50,871 nucleotides of DNA from Halocafeteria seosinensis (GCA_001687465.1 LVLI01000584.1:1-50871); one strand, 5' to 3'; shown: positions 23,801 to 35,223, counted from the first letter of the stretch. Numbers and translations are program-made. The notes: generated from the letters alone by a model not told the origin.

Positions 23801-24901
23801 ATTGTCCGTTTTGATGTCTTCTTTGGCACCGTTTGCATCATAATCTTGCTGTTCAGGTGGATAAAACATGGAGCCATCTCGATGCAACAGATGGACTCCG
23901 ACCGCAAAGAACTCGTTGCCATTCCGATCATATTCCAACTTTCCGATTCCATGAATGAGACAATACACATTGATTGGTTGATCCAATTCAGAGGAAGTAT
24001 TTTTCTCTTCTCGCTGTACGTTTTGTTTGGCAGAGGCAGATGACTTCCCTCGGCGTCCATTTTTCATAATTTGTGACCAAAGTTTGGCAGGACAATCAAT
24101 TGACAAATTTACAAAGCAATAATCCAGCCTAGCCTGAGTTTGTCCTTGTCTCCAAGGAAACGAAAGCGGAACAGCCTTTGCCATGGGAAGGTCCACTACT
24201 GAACGAAGTACTTGAGAAGAGGGAAACAATACCAAGGCTTCTTGAGCTTCGACCACGTGAGCTTTCGGATAATCATACAATCTCCAAGACAGGCCACCTT
24301 CGGGGCAATCCTTCTCCTTGTTATGAACACCTGTGCCGTAGCCAGTGTCGTCGGCGCTCGAACTTGAATCTGAGCTTTGTGCTGCTAACATGGTGGTTGG
24401 AGGAATCAGCACGAAGCCATCCACACCCAAAGTTGACACGTTCGCGATTGCGCAATGAACTTTAACGTGGCCGAATCGACTCCGTACATCCTGCAATACG
24501 AGAAATGGTTGCGGATGAGGGTATCCGAACGCATCCTTCTTGGGAACGATTTCGGAACGTAATCGTCCAATCAGAGCGGGTTGGAGCAAATCCCCGGAGG
24601 TCCAGCCGTTGATGCTTTCACGATAATGCTTGTTATCACTGTCCTCTCCCCGTCGTCTTTTGCGGGACGTTGGCAGGAGATCTGCGACGCTAATGACCAC
24701 CCTCTGCTCGTCCAACGCGGCCTGAATGACATCTGAGTACTCTATATACCGCGTTAGATCCCCCTCAAGTTGCGACTGATCCAATAATGCCTCCAGGGAG
24801 TCTTGGATGTATTGCTCCCTCTCTAGCGCCTCCGATGAAGAACCACCCTCATGCTCCTTCTTCGCGTCGCCCTCCATCCGAGCTGCCATCGTGATTTCCA
24901 A
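20804..24901 (-). CDS. CTC1: CST complex subunit CTC1-like multi-OB-fold protein
   Basis: 1365-aa single ORF. Motifs YTGIITAV...IRCGAQVTLHNVQ, LSDCSASI, FLPGERVTLRRLKRE and SDGTSEVRL match the CTC1 OB-fold pattern in order and size, as recalled. Confidence 0.65.
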   Translation of the reverse strand: MEITMAARMEGDAKKEHEGGSSSEALEREQYIQDSLEALLDQSQLEGDLTRYIEYSDVIQAALDEQRVVISVADLLPTSRKRRRGEDSDNKHYRESINGWTSGDLLQPALIGRLRSEIVPKKDAFGYPHPQPFLVLQDVRSRFGHVKVHCAIANVSTLGVDGFVLIPPTTMLAAQSSDSSSSADDTGYGTGVHNKEKDCPEGGLSWRLYDYPKAHVVEAQEALVLFPSSQVLRSVVDLPMAKAVPLSFPWRQGQTQARLDYCFVNLSIDCPAKLWSQIMKNGRRGKSSASAKQNVQREEKNTSSELDQPINVYCLIHGIGKLEYDRNGNEFFAVGVHLLHRDGSMFYPPEQQDYDANGAKEDIKTDNVQQCTNCARRCTALSTRGLEETTHHRVRWSVDIVFPARRMCKVYHVLKSRNDYIITNLRVKKSPFDRTGHNLVFQAHGDADEHAGHTTVIDICSEVALQNTLRALKVENPYLNESEVVDYTGIITAVHPNAVQLDNHPQLTLWMASGSVGRGGATYTVTFPRLGIRCGAQVTLHNVQPIFFGEHMFAGFSPIRDRSSISLVALSPYSLAKSPPVPITSRASSSAVSQQSPALALWMGRLEQILRSTVGVNEEWLRHMCEQSVQFLTLSNVMPESTYVMSPIEAMAAAYVLINDNRAVSKGCCNWNLLRVDNEGIKGLTGFPNFALVCEFSKYTREGREEFVLSDCSASIQVHFDNEWGQDIPDSKFAMLIHNPVIVVEEFTASSAKQAFDEVLHGKEEKLRHCFGMPRLIEDCLEMESTDRGTMAAYFTELCKTLLFKQLSVRGRSENLCVLGGSVSPDSCLDFGASGKSYDKRNIKSANGVIGVRECLLPHASDVYRILKSANVEDSVRHIVPGEPTREFSIEGLFLSKSVSVTNLGARNDEWSTNAIRIGQPPTPEQLLCGCSYDKIVVTIRLLDTQTADYIDIVNLPTSRGCMPPTFLPGERVTLRRLKREVQNGKIVLVSKGTLDVSLEAMAGTSGPQLKQNPEDVSYLMKLHSPGVTMGLDLTSKLIRVQIVSLSWFTMKWIDTITGSELYPASVSSTAPTTTLYGTTVKRTGAAAMDSGGITPTFVFTAGFFASDGTSEVRLTATGFQAFFLSGLAWGSLCEWAGVTAKYGKLDWNGAFSSERKSPAMVALDHEHSRRKIRTRLDAVLLLKSDINDNLMGISAKQAFSVSKRQQERSSSAPFAHEFNQAAEQREGALPVDRGSTYLSEYDQPFPSPWYDCWVRHDYKDVWKLASKSGILDDNIREVAWRLSLPSSVVSKIYEIQWNSVSFSQRPSETTSEVKDLSPPATLVPFSLGNQVIRTQKMAGLSMKVIATKPVYSDERLHEIRRRKN

Positions 24902-27803
24902 TCAACCCGACCAACTTTATGTACAGTCTACTGAGTTAAAGAGGAGGGACGACTGAGGGACTTGTGAAGTTGGGGAAGTGAAGACGAGTCGGCGAAGCAT
25001 ACCACAGTGTAGGTTTGTTGCGGATGATGGTTCAGTAAGTGCCGGTAGGTTTGCGTAGATGATCTGGAAGGTTTTCTCATTTCCGAAAACAGTGGAATAC
25101 TACGGGATTGCACGGTATCTCCTACCCGTATTGCCAGATAATTACTGTTCCTTAGGTTTTGAATTGCACATTGAATGAAATGAAACGGACTGTGGATTTC
25201 ATTACTGCTGTCATATACAGTTACCGACAATTTTATCACAGTCGCTATACAGATAAACTTTTCACATAACTACACGCAAAATGCCCCTTACTTCGCTTCT
25301 AGGGGTAGTGGGCATCATACCACATGCATACTCATTTTAGTTTCTTGCTTTACACTGGGAACTGGCTCCTCCAGTGACTCCGCGAGGACATGCACCATAA
25401 TCGACCTTTATGTGCGAAGAAACTAAAGCATTGTATGTAATTTACTCTTCCTCTCTATTTCCTCCGTACTTGGCTCGTACACAAAATCAGCTTCACCGTC
25501 CTTTCTATCAGCTATTGAACTTCGAAATGAGAGTGAACCGCAAGCTTTTCGTCATAGCCAGGTTCTTTCGACTTATACTTGCTCAATCTCCGTCCTCATG
25601 ACTTATGCTTATCCGTTTGGGGTACAACTTGCTGTAGAGAGGTAACTAGGGCTTCCTAGTAGAGGAGTTTCATTGTCTGGTACATCGAACCCGCTTACCG
25701 AAGGATTTGTACTGACACTCCGACAGCATAACCATTTCATGGGTCCTGGCTTGTTAGTCGTAGCATTGGCGTTCCGTCGATGGTTGCTACGTCTTTCGGC
25801 GCATTCAGTTCTCGCGGTAGACAGGGAGGGCTGAATTCAGGTACAAACGGTTGTCCAGGGCACGCAGTCGACAGCAGGAATGAGTAGACGCACTTACCAC
25901 GGAGGACAAAGCGTATAATGAATGCTGTGTTTCAAAAAGGGGAACAAATATTTTCGTCGGCTGTGTTTGGCAGGAATCCGCGGCGCACTTACATTACTGC
26001 GTGGAGATTTCCAACTTCGGGCTGAACTGTCCCGAGCAGGTAGGTCGGCATCAGCACTCTGCATGAATAGGTTAAAGCTACTCCACAAAGCGTACACAGT
26101 ACGAAACAGTTTCTTTGAACGCACCCTGTAGGTAGGAAGTTGGCTGGTGTCATAAGATCGAATCATTCCTTCAAAGGGGCTTCGAGCCGTTTGTTCCGCT
26201 GTGCTGGAGTCCGACAGGGAGAATACTGCCAAGCCGTGGTAATATATTCGGTACAGGTAGGTTTCAAAATTGCCACACGCTTCAAGCGAAGTCCTGCCTC
26301 TTGATAGCGTATTACTTACTGGGACTAGAACGACCACTACTGGGCATTCTCTTCAGTGGCCGGAGACTCTTTGCTTGGTCGCGTGAAGTGTTGTCGACGC
26401 TGAGAGACTTCCGTAACTGTACGGACTTTGGCCGTCGACCTCCTTCCTCGTATATTGGGAGCTCATCTTCGAATTTAGCGGGATCCTGCAGAGAGACGCC
26501 TTGATGAATGTAGTCCCATATGATTTGGCATACCGTGTACGTACACTGAGTACCCCATAGCTCTCTCCGTAGACGGGGAGCGACTTGCAGCGAACCTCCC
26601 TTTCAGGCTCGCTGCCCATTTTACTGGTCGCCTTCGCAATTTTGCCAATTGATGCTCAGCTGAAAATAAACCATACCATCATGTGTATTCCACAGCCGCT
26701 CATCTACGGGTTTGGATTGGGTGAATTATTGCCAACTCACAACCAAATGCGACGAGTGGAGCTGTTCTCAGTGCCAGTACAAGTTGAACTTCCTTCCCAA
26801 TGTATACTACCTAATTAGCTTCATGGAAGCCGGAAAACACCTAGTACCTTTTGTACATACCTTTGACTTGGCGGTACCTTTGCCCAGCGTAGAAAATGAG
26901 TGGGTGGCTTGGAATTCCAGTCAGCAGAGTCAGTCGCAGCAACCAAGTGCCAGTGAATTGCCTACCACGTGACGAGAAGTGAAGTACTGTTGTACAACTG
27001 GACGGAAGTAGTAGCTTTAGCCCTTTAGCGCGCTCTTAAGACGGAGCAAGAATACATTCGATACAATAAACATTTGAGTCGCTCAATATTTCGAAGCAAA
27101 GCTCAACAAGGGAAGGTTACATTGTACATCACATGCAGCGGGACACCGAAGCGCAGGACAGCTGGAGACTCAGGAGGCTGGGAACTTCAATCACACTTAA
27201 ACCCATACAAAAGGCACATCTTGGCGGTCATGAAGTGAACACCACTTTTGGATTTGTGTATAGCAACTAAACACTCTTGTGGCGTTCTGATCCCGCCTGA
27301 TTCGTTCTTCCGCTTCTTCAAACCCCAGGAACCCCCACTGTACAAGATGTTCCTGTAGAGTACATGTGGTTGTACAAGAGTAGCAGTCTAATGATCACTT
27401 CCAATGGAATCCTCCATTCACTCTGCTACGGAAAAAGGCATGCATGCAGTGCATAGAGACCTGAATGGTAGTTGCGACTCCAGTTGTGACAACTTGTGAG
27501 TCGCTTTACTGACAGTAAATTACTGTAAGCCTTTACAGATTTTAGCTTCAAGGCAGGCCGGCAGATATAGCATCAGCAGCTAGTGATCAGCTGCCGCAAC
27601 AAGGACAAAAACTTTTCATCGCATGCGGGAATTTTCTCCTATTTGGCTCCTTCCTTGGTTTCCACAGGTCCGCTCGCAGTGCTCGCACATCTACAACGGC
27701 TCACACGATTGCATCAGGTGTAGCGTTCCATGAGCCTCTAGAAATCTCAAATTTGTATGGCAAATCTAGTGAGTGACTACATGCGGAGCAAAACGAGTCA
27801 AAG

Positions 27804-28640
27804 GTGCACACCGACGACCAACCCGTAGTTCATGCTGCTCCGCAGGGGCTGCAGTCGCTGGTTCTTTTTGGAGAAGCTGGAAGCGGAGAGAGCGCGTTGT
27901 TCGACACTGCCCACATGCAGTCAAGCCGCATGATAATCATCCACAGCCACCTGATACTTATGTGGATCAGAGGACTATGTGGCTTGGTGCCTCATTTGCT
28001 GGGTTTTGCGGGGCTGGAGAGCATGAAGACATTTCCTGGAGCTCGGCCTGAGCTCATACGCGGACGAATTCGTCCCTAGAGATGCGGAAGTATGATCAGG
28101 TTGCCCTTAGAAGCTGACTAGCTCGGCAATCTGTCCTCGGTGTTTGGCACGGCCCAATGGCACCGGAATATAGCGGCCCGAGCACGTCGGTTTCTCCTCC
28201 GCTGCTCCGCGGCGGCACTTAACACACTGGCTCCTATTGCGGGAGGCTCCGAGATCAACCAACCAGAAGAGCGATGGAAAAGAGATAGGGTACTGACATG
28301 CCACAAAGTATGGCAGACGAAAGCTTCTTTTGTCGGACAGAAAATGCGTGGTGCATAGTTCGTAGAGCTCTATGAACAATGAATGAAACACGTCAGTAAG
28401 CTGACCCATACCAGCTGGACAAGCTGTCGCCAGACCGGAATCACTCCTAATAATAAAAGCCTCGCCTTTGATTCGCAATACAGGCATGTTTTCACGTCCA
28501 CTTTGATGCAGCATGGTGTGTTTGGGGCATTGGTTTCCTCACTTACGCGAATAATGCGAACCCCAAAACTACAGTTCCTCACAAGGAGAGTTGTCGAGCT
28601 AGAATTGCGGTCGCACGCAAGTGTGTTCTCCGCGGGCTGA
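27804..28640 (+). pseudogene. decayed P-loop NTPase (NACHT/STAND-like) reading frame
   Basis: ORFs starting at 27804, 28140 and 28383 share one frame and are separated by stops. LVLFGEAGSGESAL looks like a Walker A motif with the Lys replaced by Glu. Confidence 0.35.
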
Positions 28641-28966
28641 CAGGTAGACTAGAGACACCTTCCCCACTTTGAAAACCAATGGATTGGTAGTCGTTTGGTA
28701 TCGAATGTAGCCAGTAAGAACATTTAAGTGTCTTCGTTTACGCATTTGCCAAGGTTGCTCTTCTTTCAGCTCACTAAGAACGAGTTTCAGGCAGCCTACT
28801 GTACGTACGGCCGAGGAGCCAGTTCAAGCAGCCTCGTTAAGTAGTTAGATTCGAAGACAGTATCATTAATAATCAGTCTCTCGTGAAAACAGAGAAACCT
28901 CTGCGGCGATAGTGGTTGAGCCTTTATCCAATTAAGGAGAAGCAGTGGCATCGAACTCAGTGTTCA

Positions 28967-30112
28967 ATGCACTGCGACTTGAAGCGCGGTCTTGGGATCG
29001 AGAAACCAGCTTTTTGGGGAGTGCAAGAAGTTAGCACAAATTCACACGGGCACATGACGAAAGGAATGACACTTACTCCAAAGTCAAAGACCATTTCGGG
29101 GCTACAGAAAACTGATTTTAGGCTAGTATACTCGGTCGAGGGCAGTGTATATGACGGGAAGCAGCATTTCTGCCGTCCTTACCGCGTGGAAGAGACCCAC
29201 GGCTGTATCCATAACGGCTCCCCCGGCAACTTAGGGCGACAGATAGTTCCTATTCGTCCATTAGGAACTTTTACTTTGTCCATACCTTCTGGGAAGGAGA
29301 GTGCGACGTCAGGTGCAGAGCTGTCCTCTAAATGTGGGAGTGCTGCAAAGCAGTCTCCCATTCAGTCAAAGCTTCCTCTGCGGAAGGGAAGCTCGTTGCA
29401 AAGGCCCGAAGCCATATCCCACCAAATTCCTTACTCGTCGCCGCCAACATACTACAGGAAAGAAATACAAAGTTCGTGATTTCTTATTGGATTGTAGATC
29501 TATTCGGTCGCGTGTATTGTGTAACTTTACGCCTCACAGGAACCAGCAGCGGGAGAACGGCGCTGCAGTACGAAGTCCTGCAGCGAGAGACACTCAAAGG
29601 TAGATTCCCAAAATGTGTAGATGCGTATTGGCATATAATCTTACTTCTATCTTTGTTTCTCTGTCCCTGTTGCAGAATGGATGCAGCAACACTGGGCGTT
29701 CCCCTATCCTGGCCCACAGAGTTTGTCAATGCTAGGGAAGGAAACGGGCCTTAGTCCGCAACAGCTTGAAAATTGGGTACGTGTCAAATATGCGGCTTTA
29801 TTCAAGCTTGTCATCGCAAAAGAAATCATCAAGATTTCTGATCTGCAGTTTCGCAACGAGAGGAGGCGGCATTGGAGACCGTATATGGAAAAGAATTACC
29901 CGAGAGCTGCGGAGTTTGCGGAAGGCGTCAGAGGGACCAAACGGGACGGTGGCGTTCCTTCTCTACCACGAAACATGCTTGATATCTACGTTGAAGCAGC
30001 ATCGATAGCGAAGAAGAGATGGGGAGGTAACAAACCAGTGGACGATAGGAAGGGCCTGCGCCGAGTGAAACCTGAGTATTTCTGCAAGAGCGTCTACTTT
30101 CGTCCGTATTGA
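28967..30112 (+). CDS. TALE-class homeodomain transcription factor, copy 1 (start codon uncertain)
   Basis: Spliced homeodomain RETLK|EWMQQHWAFPYPGPQSLSMLGKETGLSPQQLENW|FRNERRRHWRP contains the PYP loop. Introns at 29472-29539, 29600-29675 and 29777-29848 are all GT-AG and in phase. Confidence 0.88.
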
Positions 30113-31556
30113 ATTCTTCCCCCCAAGTGTTTTAGTAGTGCGCGAAGTTTTGGCCTCCATGGTGAGTGTGTTGGGTGTTAAGGTTAGCTTCCGTCAGAGT
30201 GTGTCCGTCAATATGGAAGCACCGTCTGTGTGTAGTTCGTCACTTGCTCATTAGTGCAACATCCATCGTCTCGGTAACCTGAAAAGTACCTGGTAATTCG
30301 CTATACCCTGTATACACTTAAGTGATACATTCGACCAAACATCGGCTAAACGATCTTCCACGAACCTGGAACCACAGTACTATGTATTTTGGAGTAACTG
30401 AAGCTTCAACGCTTTGGACATCCAGTGTTTGTGAGGCTCTAAACATGATACGTTATTGTTATTTATAGTCCGCGCTTGGGCAAAACCTCAATGTGTGCAC
30501 TGTGGTCGTTAGTGTGCAGTCAGCTGAAGGGAGAAGCCGGGGAAGCACGGAGGACGATTAGTCTAGTAGAAGTCCTGGATATCAGGACGCTGTTCCCCTT
30601 TTTGAGGCCGAATTATCCAAAATTGCTCCTTAAAATTACTCCGAAGCCATCCGTTTTAGCCACGGTGCTTGTACAATTCCACTCTCAGCCTGGCTTCCAT
30701 CCACCGCCAGTGTGTATGGCAACTTTGCAATCTGGCTTTTCTCAGTAAATTTACAGACAAGCGACTAACAACTAACGGTTGCAACAGGTACAAGGCACCA
30801 TTAGCCTTAGGGAGGATGGCAGTGTGTCGCGCCGTGCTACAGCGGTGCGATGTTCTCCGCCCGTTGCGATCCACTAACTTCTTTCCCTATAATATGCACG
30901 ATACGCACGGGCGGGTAACTAGGCTATATATGATATGAAAACCGATGCACCGCGTATGTAACTTTGGAGAGTTGGCGATTGACCCTTGAGTCGAGTGCGA
31001 GGGACTGCCGTTGCGAGTCGGCACCGCAGAACAACCGTCAGGCGAGAGTGAAGACGCTTGCAGGTAGTAGTGGTAGATATGTGCTTCTGGATCGAGTATT
31101 GTTCCAGTGCACTTCGATTCCCAATCAAGTTGGAAATATATTGAAAGTTTTTGTCCTTGTTATATTCATCACCGCGCTATGGAATTGCTGTATCCGGCTG
31201 TTTAACACTGATCTGATGTCCTAATCCCCCCTAACCGTAACCTGTGGAAACAGGAAGAGACAAACCGAAGCAAAACCAAACAGCGAACCGGTCAAACGCC
31301 TCCTCATTCTGTGTATCTTATCTGAGAAGCCAATTTTATCCACTGATTTCTCAACGTTAGCTGATACTCCTGATATCTACAGCACTCTGTCTCTAAAACT
31401 CGACCGTGGGAGCGGGCGCAATTGCGCTTCGAAGAACATTTCAAGGTGGAGTTGTTTGGTCAACCACGGCGACTCTTTACACGTGGGGGATACGTAAGGA
31501 GTTTCAGACGAGCTGCTGCTACGTATCAAACCATTGCCAAACAAACAAACTGCAAC

Positions 31557-32676
31557 ATGTCAACCGCTTCCCAAGAGCGTGTGCTTACGAAAGACGAACC
31601 AGGCTTCACCCTACAGCAAGTGCCACCTGTCGAACCGAGAACAAGCACCGGAATGCAAGCGGAAGGACGATATTGTCGCCCATATGTACCCGAGGAAACC
31701 AGAGGATGTATTGTCCGCGGTTCGCCTATTAACATTGGCTGTCGAATCTTTCCACTTCGCCCTTCTCGAGACTTCAAACTGTGCCAAGCTTTCGGAGAAG
31801 CTTCGAGCGTCCGACGTACCCCAACGACCACTAGGAGCGAGAAGTGTACTTCAAAACATGGGTTTCTTAGAAAAGTGCAGCCGCCAAGAAGTACTCAGCC
31901 AAGTAAACTCCAGGAAAGAGCTGCGCAATGCTCCTCCAAGTTCCCCTTCTCCAAACCTCCACATGCGTACAGTAAAGTCCGCAGCAGTAAGTTTACAGAA
32001 CCTCAGAGCGTATTATCAGTTCTCAATGCCCATACGCGCTTTGCCGCTTTGTTGGTCCATCAGATGAGACCACTACCTCCCGGGGAGATCGTCTTAATGT
32101 ACTAAAAGGTAATTCAACTACTGTCGCAACGTCGCACCTCTAATTTCACGGCTTAGCTTGTTTGGGAATCGCAGAATGGATGGTCCAACATTGGTCATTT
32201 CCATATCCCGGTCCAACCTCGCTAGCGGAACTGAGTGAGAAGACTGGGCTTACCGGGGAGCAGCTTGAGAATTGGGTAAGCAACGTTTAAGGGGGCATCA
32301 TGTCCACCCACAAAATGGAAGTTCGAGATTATGCTCTCTCTCTGTGGCTCGTGATGTGCAGTTTCGTAATGAGAGAAGACGACGCTGGAGACCGTATATG
32401 ACAGATAATTATCCTGAAGCATTGAAATATGCCGAGCGAATTCGCGGAACTCGGCCAGAAGGAGGTATGCCATCCCTTCGTCGGGAGCATCTGGACTTCT
32501 ACGTGGAGGCAGCTTTCATCGCTTTCACTCGCCGAAACCAGAAACAAGCACCCAATAAAGGGGTAACGCGATGCGCATCCATTAAACGCTCTCTGGAGAG
32601 TGAGAATCATCCGTCACTTCGTGTGAAGGCCCAGCGACCTGCCAACTCACAGCCCCACAATGAATGTCCCCGTTGA
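31557..32676 (+). CDS. TALE-class homeodomain transcription factor, copy 2
   Basis: RLNVLK|EWMVQHWSFPYPGPTSLAELSEKTGLTGEQLENW|FRNERRRRWRP, with three introns at positions equivalent to copy 1 (the last is 32276-32361). Confidence 0.88.
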
Positions 32677-33019
32677 GTGGTACAACCAGAATAAAACCAA
32701 CATAGGTAAACTCCCATATCCACCGCGCCGATGTTCACTGTGATGACATGTGTGATGCCCCAACTCCATCAAAAGAAATGTCAAGGTGCGGCTATACTGT
32801 TGTAGAGTTTCTCCTCCGACGAATGAAGGGAAGCGCGGAATCACGGAGTTAAGCTACCACCTCTTTACACATACAGGCCCAGACTGCCAGTAAATTCCGG
32901 GGAGACTCAATACACAAGTATCGTTGTTTACACTTCCTTAGCTTTTGCGTACTAATGGGAACGCACGTGTATACTCTTGCGTCGGGCCTTTGCGGTTGGA
33001 AGGGGAAGCCGTTGGAGCC

Positions 33020-33190
33020 GGCTTATCTCGAGACGTACTGGGGGGATAATTTGGAGACAGTATTATTAATTATGCAACCTTGATTATGAATAATTATTGC
33101 ATTGATGCAAATCTGTATCAGTTAAAGCATTAAATTACGCTCATACTTGGTAGATATCTGGCCTGTATAAAGCATATCAGGCGGGGGACC
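33020..33190 (+). repeat. dispersed repeat, copy A (likely a transposon subterminal/promoter segment)
   Basis: ggcttatctcgagacgtac...cagtattattaattatgcaaccttgattatgaat...cttggtagatatctggcctgtataaagca...ggcggggg recurs at 46242-46380. Confidence 0.9.
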
Positions 33191-34650
33191 ATGGAAGTCC
33201 ACGTCATTGTCGAGGAAATGCCAAGAGGACCGGTTTGGCGGCTGCTTCATCTGGATAGTAGAGAAAGAAATGGGCGCCGAGAAGATATCATAGGGAAAGT
33301 AAGAGTGTATATTCTTGCAATTGTTTCCCTTACCGTTGATATAGGAACCGTATCTGCTGACAGATTGGCGCGGACAGGAAGGATGTCTTGCTTGCAATGC
33401 GAGTTGTTGCGTTGCTTTGATGATAGACAGCAGCATAAGCAGGAGCTGACAACAAAGCTATGGGGAAAGTCGAGAAAACAGAAGTTAATCAAGGAAGGAA
33501 AAAGCGTCTCTTACCCTACGTATCACCTGGCACACAAGGGTGGAGAAGCGTAGCCTAAATCAAGATCTATCCACAGAAGCTCAAGCATAGAAGGATAATG
33601 AAGCAGAGGAGGCTGCCTTGGCAGACGATGATGACAAAGATGAGACATCGGAAAGCAATGAGACAGGAGAAGTGAGTGGGCGGGACTACGTTTGCAGAAG
33701 GCGGAAGAGAAGGAGAGATGCAAGTAAGCACTATGACAAACTCGACATTCAAGCGAACAATATTGTACAACATCTTGAAGGAATGTTTTCTTACCGGAAC
33801 AGCACTTCGCAAGCTATGCGGCAATTAGTCAAAACTTCTAGCCACCTGGGGGCGGACAGTTTACCACAGAGGACCTCCAATTTTCCAAGGGTCAGATCCG
33901 CAAAAGCGATTGAAGTTAGAAGAGACACATAGTCTCACGGACCGATTAAGTTCATTGGTTACAGGCTCCAGTGCAACCTCTCGCTCAAAGCAACTCCAAT
34001 CACTGGCTCGCTGTATCCAGCAGCTGCTCTCTGGGACCAGGCAATGCCCTGCGGTATCGAACTATATCTATTCCTCGAACGACGACGTCTGCCATTAGTG
34101 CAATCCTGACAAAATTGTTGATGTTTCATCCTCGGAAATGTTTCATAGAGGTGAAATTGCTTGTGTCTGAACAGATCAAGTGCAGTATCCCTTCTGGCTA
34201 GCAAGGCTGTTACAGATCGTGTTCTTAAGCTATACACAATGCTGTGACTAGAATCAGCTTTCAGCAGATGAATTCACATATTGGGAGAGTTCGGTCTGCT
34301 CATATTCCTGTACAGTCCTTGGTATGCCAAGCTGATAAGAGTTCGCCAGTTGTCAGAAAGAGTACAAAGCCTTCGGGATCTAAGACTTGGGACTAGTGTG
34401 GGGAACCTAGGAATCTGCGCTACTACACAAAGCCGTGCAAATATCATTTTGGTTGCAATGTATGTATTCCTAGCTCTCAATCCCCATGAATGCTCCAAAA
34501 GAAAGGTCAATATCCCCGAGCCAGCCGCCAAAGCCCCCTTATCTCCGAGACGTCTTGGGACTCCGGCAGTCGGTACACCCCCTGCCGAGTCGGTCGAGAA
34601 GAGAAACGTCATACTGATGCTGGACGCTAATATCGAAAAGGAGTAAGATT
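33191..34650 (+). pseudogene. heavily decayed transposase-like remnant (possibly hAT)
   Basis: Directly follows repeat copy A. RGPVWRLL and CxxC resemble a BED finger. Later fragments SIPRTTTSA and LSERVQS weakly resemble the hAT dimerization motif. Many stops and frameshifts. Confidence 0.3.
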
Positions 34651-34730
34651 TTATGTATCACTTGTTTCCCGTGCGATCCCTTTACTTGTAAAGGACTGAT
34701 CATAGAGCTGGATCTGATGAGATCCGCATC

Positions 34731-35223
34731 TAAGGACGAGACGGAATGGAACGTTCGGAAGACACGCATGGGGGAGGGGGACGAGAGCCAGGAGAGAAGA
34801 GGGAAGAAGAACCGAGACGGATAGCACGTCTCGGGTGGAATCCGGATCCGAGAACAGCCGAAGAGCAAGCTACACGAATTGACATATACGTGCAAGAGGA
34901 AACTAACAACAATATCCTCCCAATCCTATTAAGCAATGAACTGCTAGCGAGTCAAGCGGCTGTGTCGAGACGGGGAGTAAGGACGAGACGAGTAAGGACG
35001 AGACGGAATGGAACGTTCGGAAGACGCACATGGGCCACGCCATGGGGGAGGGGGAACAAGAGCCAGGAGAGAAGAGGGATGAAGAACTGAGACGGATAGC
35101 ACGTCTCGGGTGGAATCCGGATCCGAGAACAGCCGAAGAGCAAGCTACACGAATTGACTTATACGTGCAAGAGGAAACTAACAACAATATCCTCCCAATC
35201 CTATTAAGCAATGAACTGCTAGC
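34731..35223 (+). repeat. direct duplication of a ~220-bp unit (34731-34949 and 34993-35223)
   Basis: Both copies read taaggacgagacggaatggaacgttcggaagac...gagccaggagagaagaggga...aatcctattaagcaatgaactgctagc. Confidence 0.93.

Noticed and set aside
7637..24901. Co-regulated S-phase/chromosome cluster (Dsn1-like, TK1, CTC1)
   Set aside because: Interspersed with unrelated genes, and no shared upstream motif was seen.
34202..34210. CAAGGCTGT as the partner TIR of the hAT end at 37150
   Set aside because: Only a 9-bp match, no CGCGGG subterminal array, and the flanks (ctggctag vs gcggcggg) form no 8-bp TSD.
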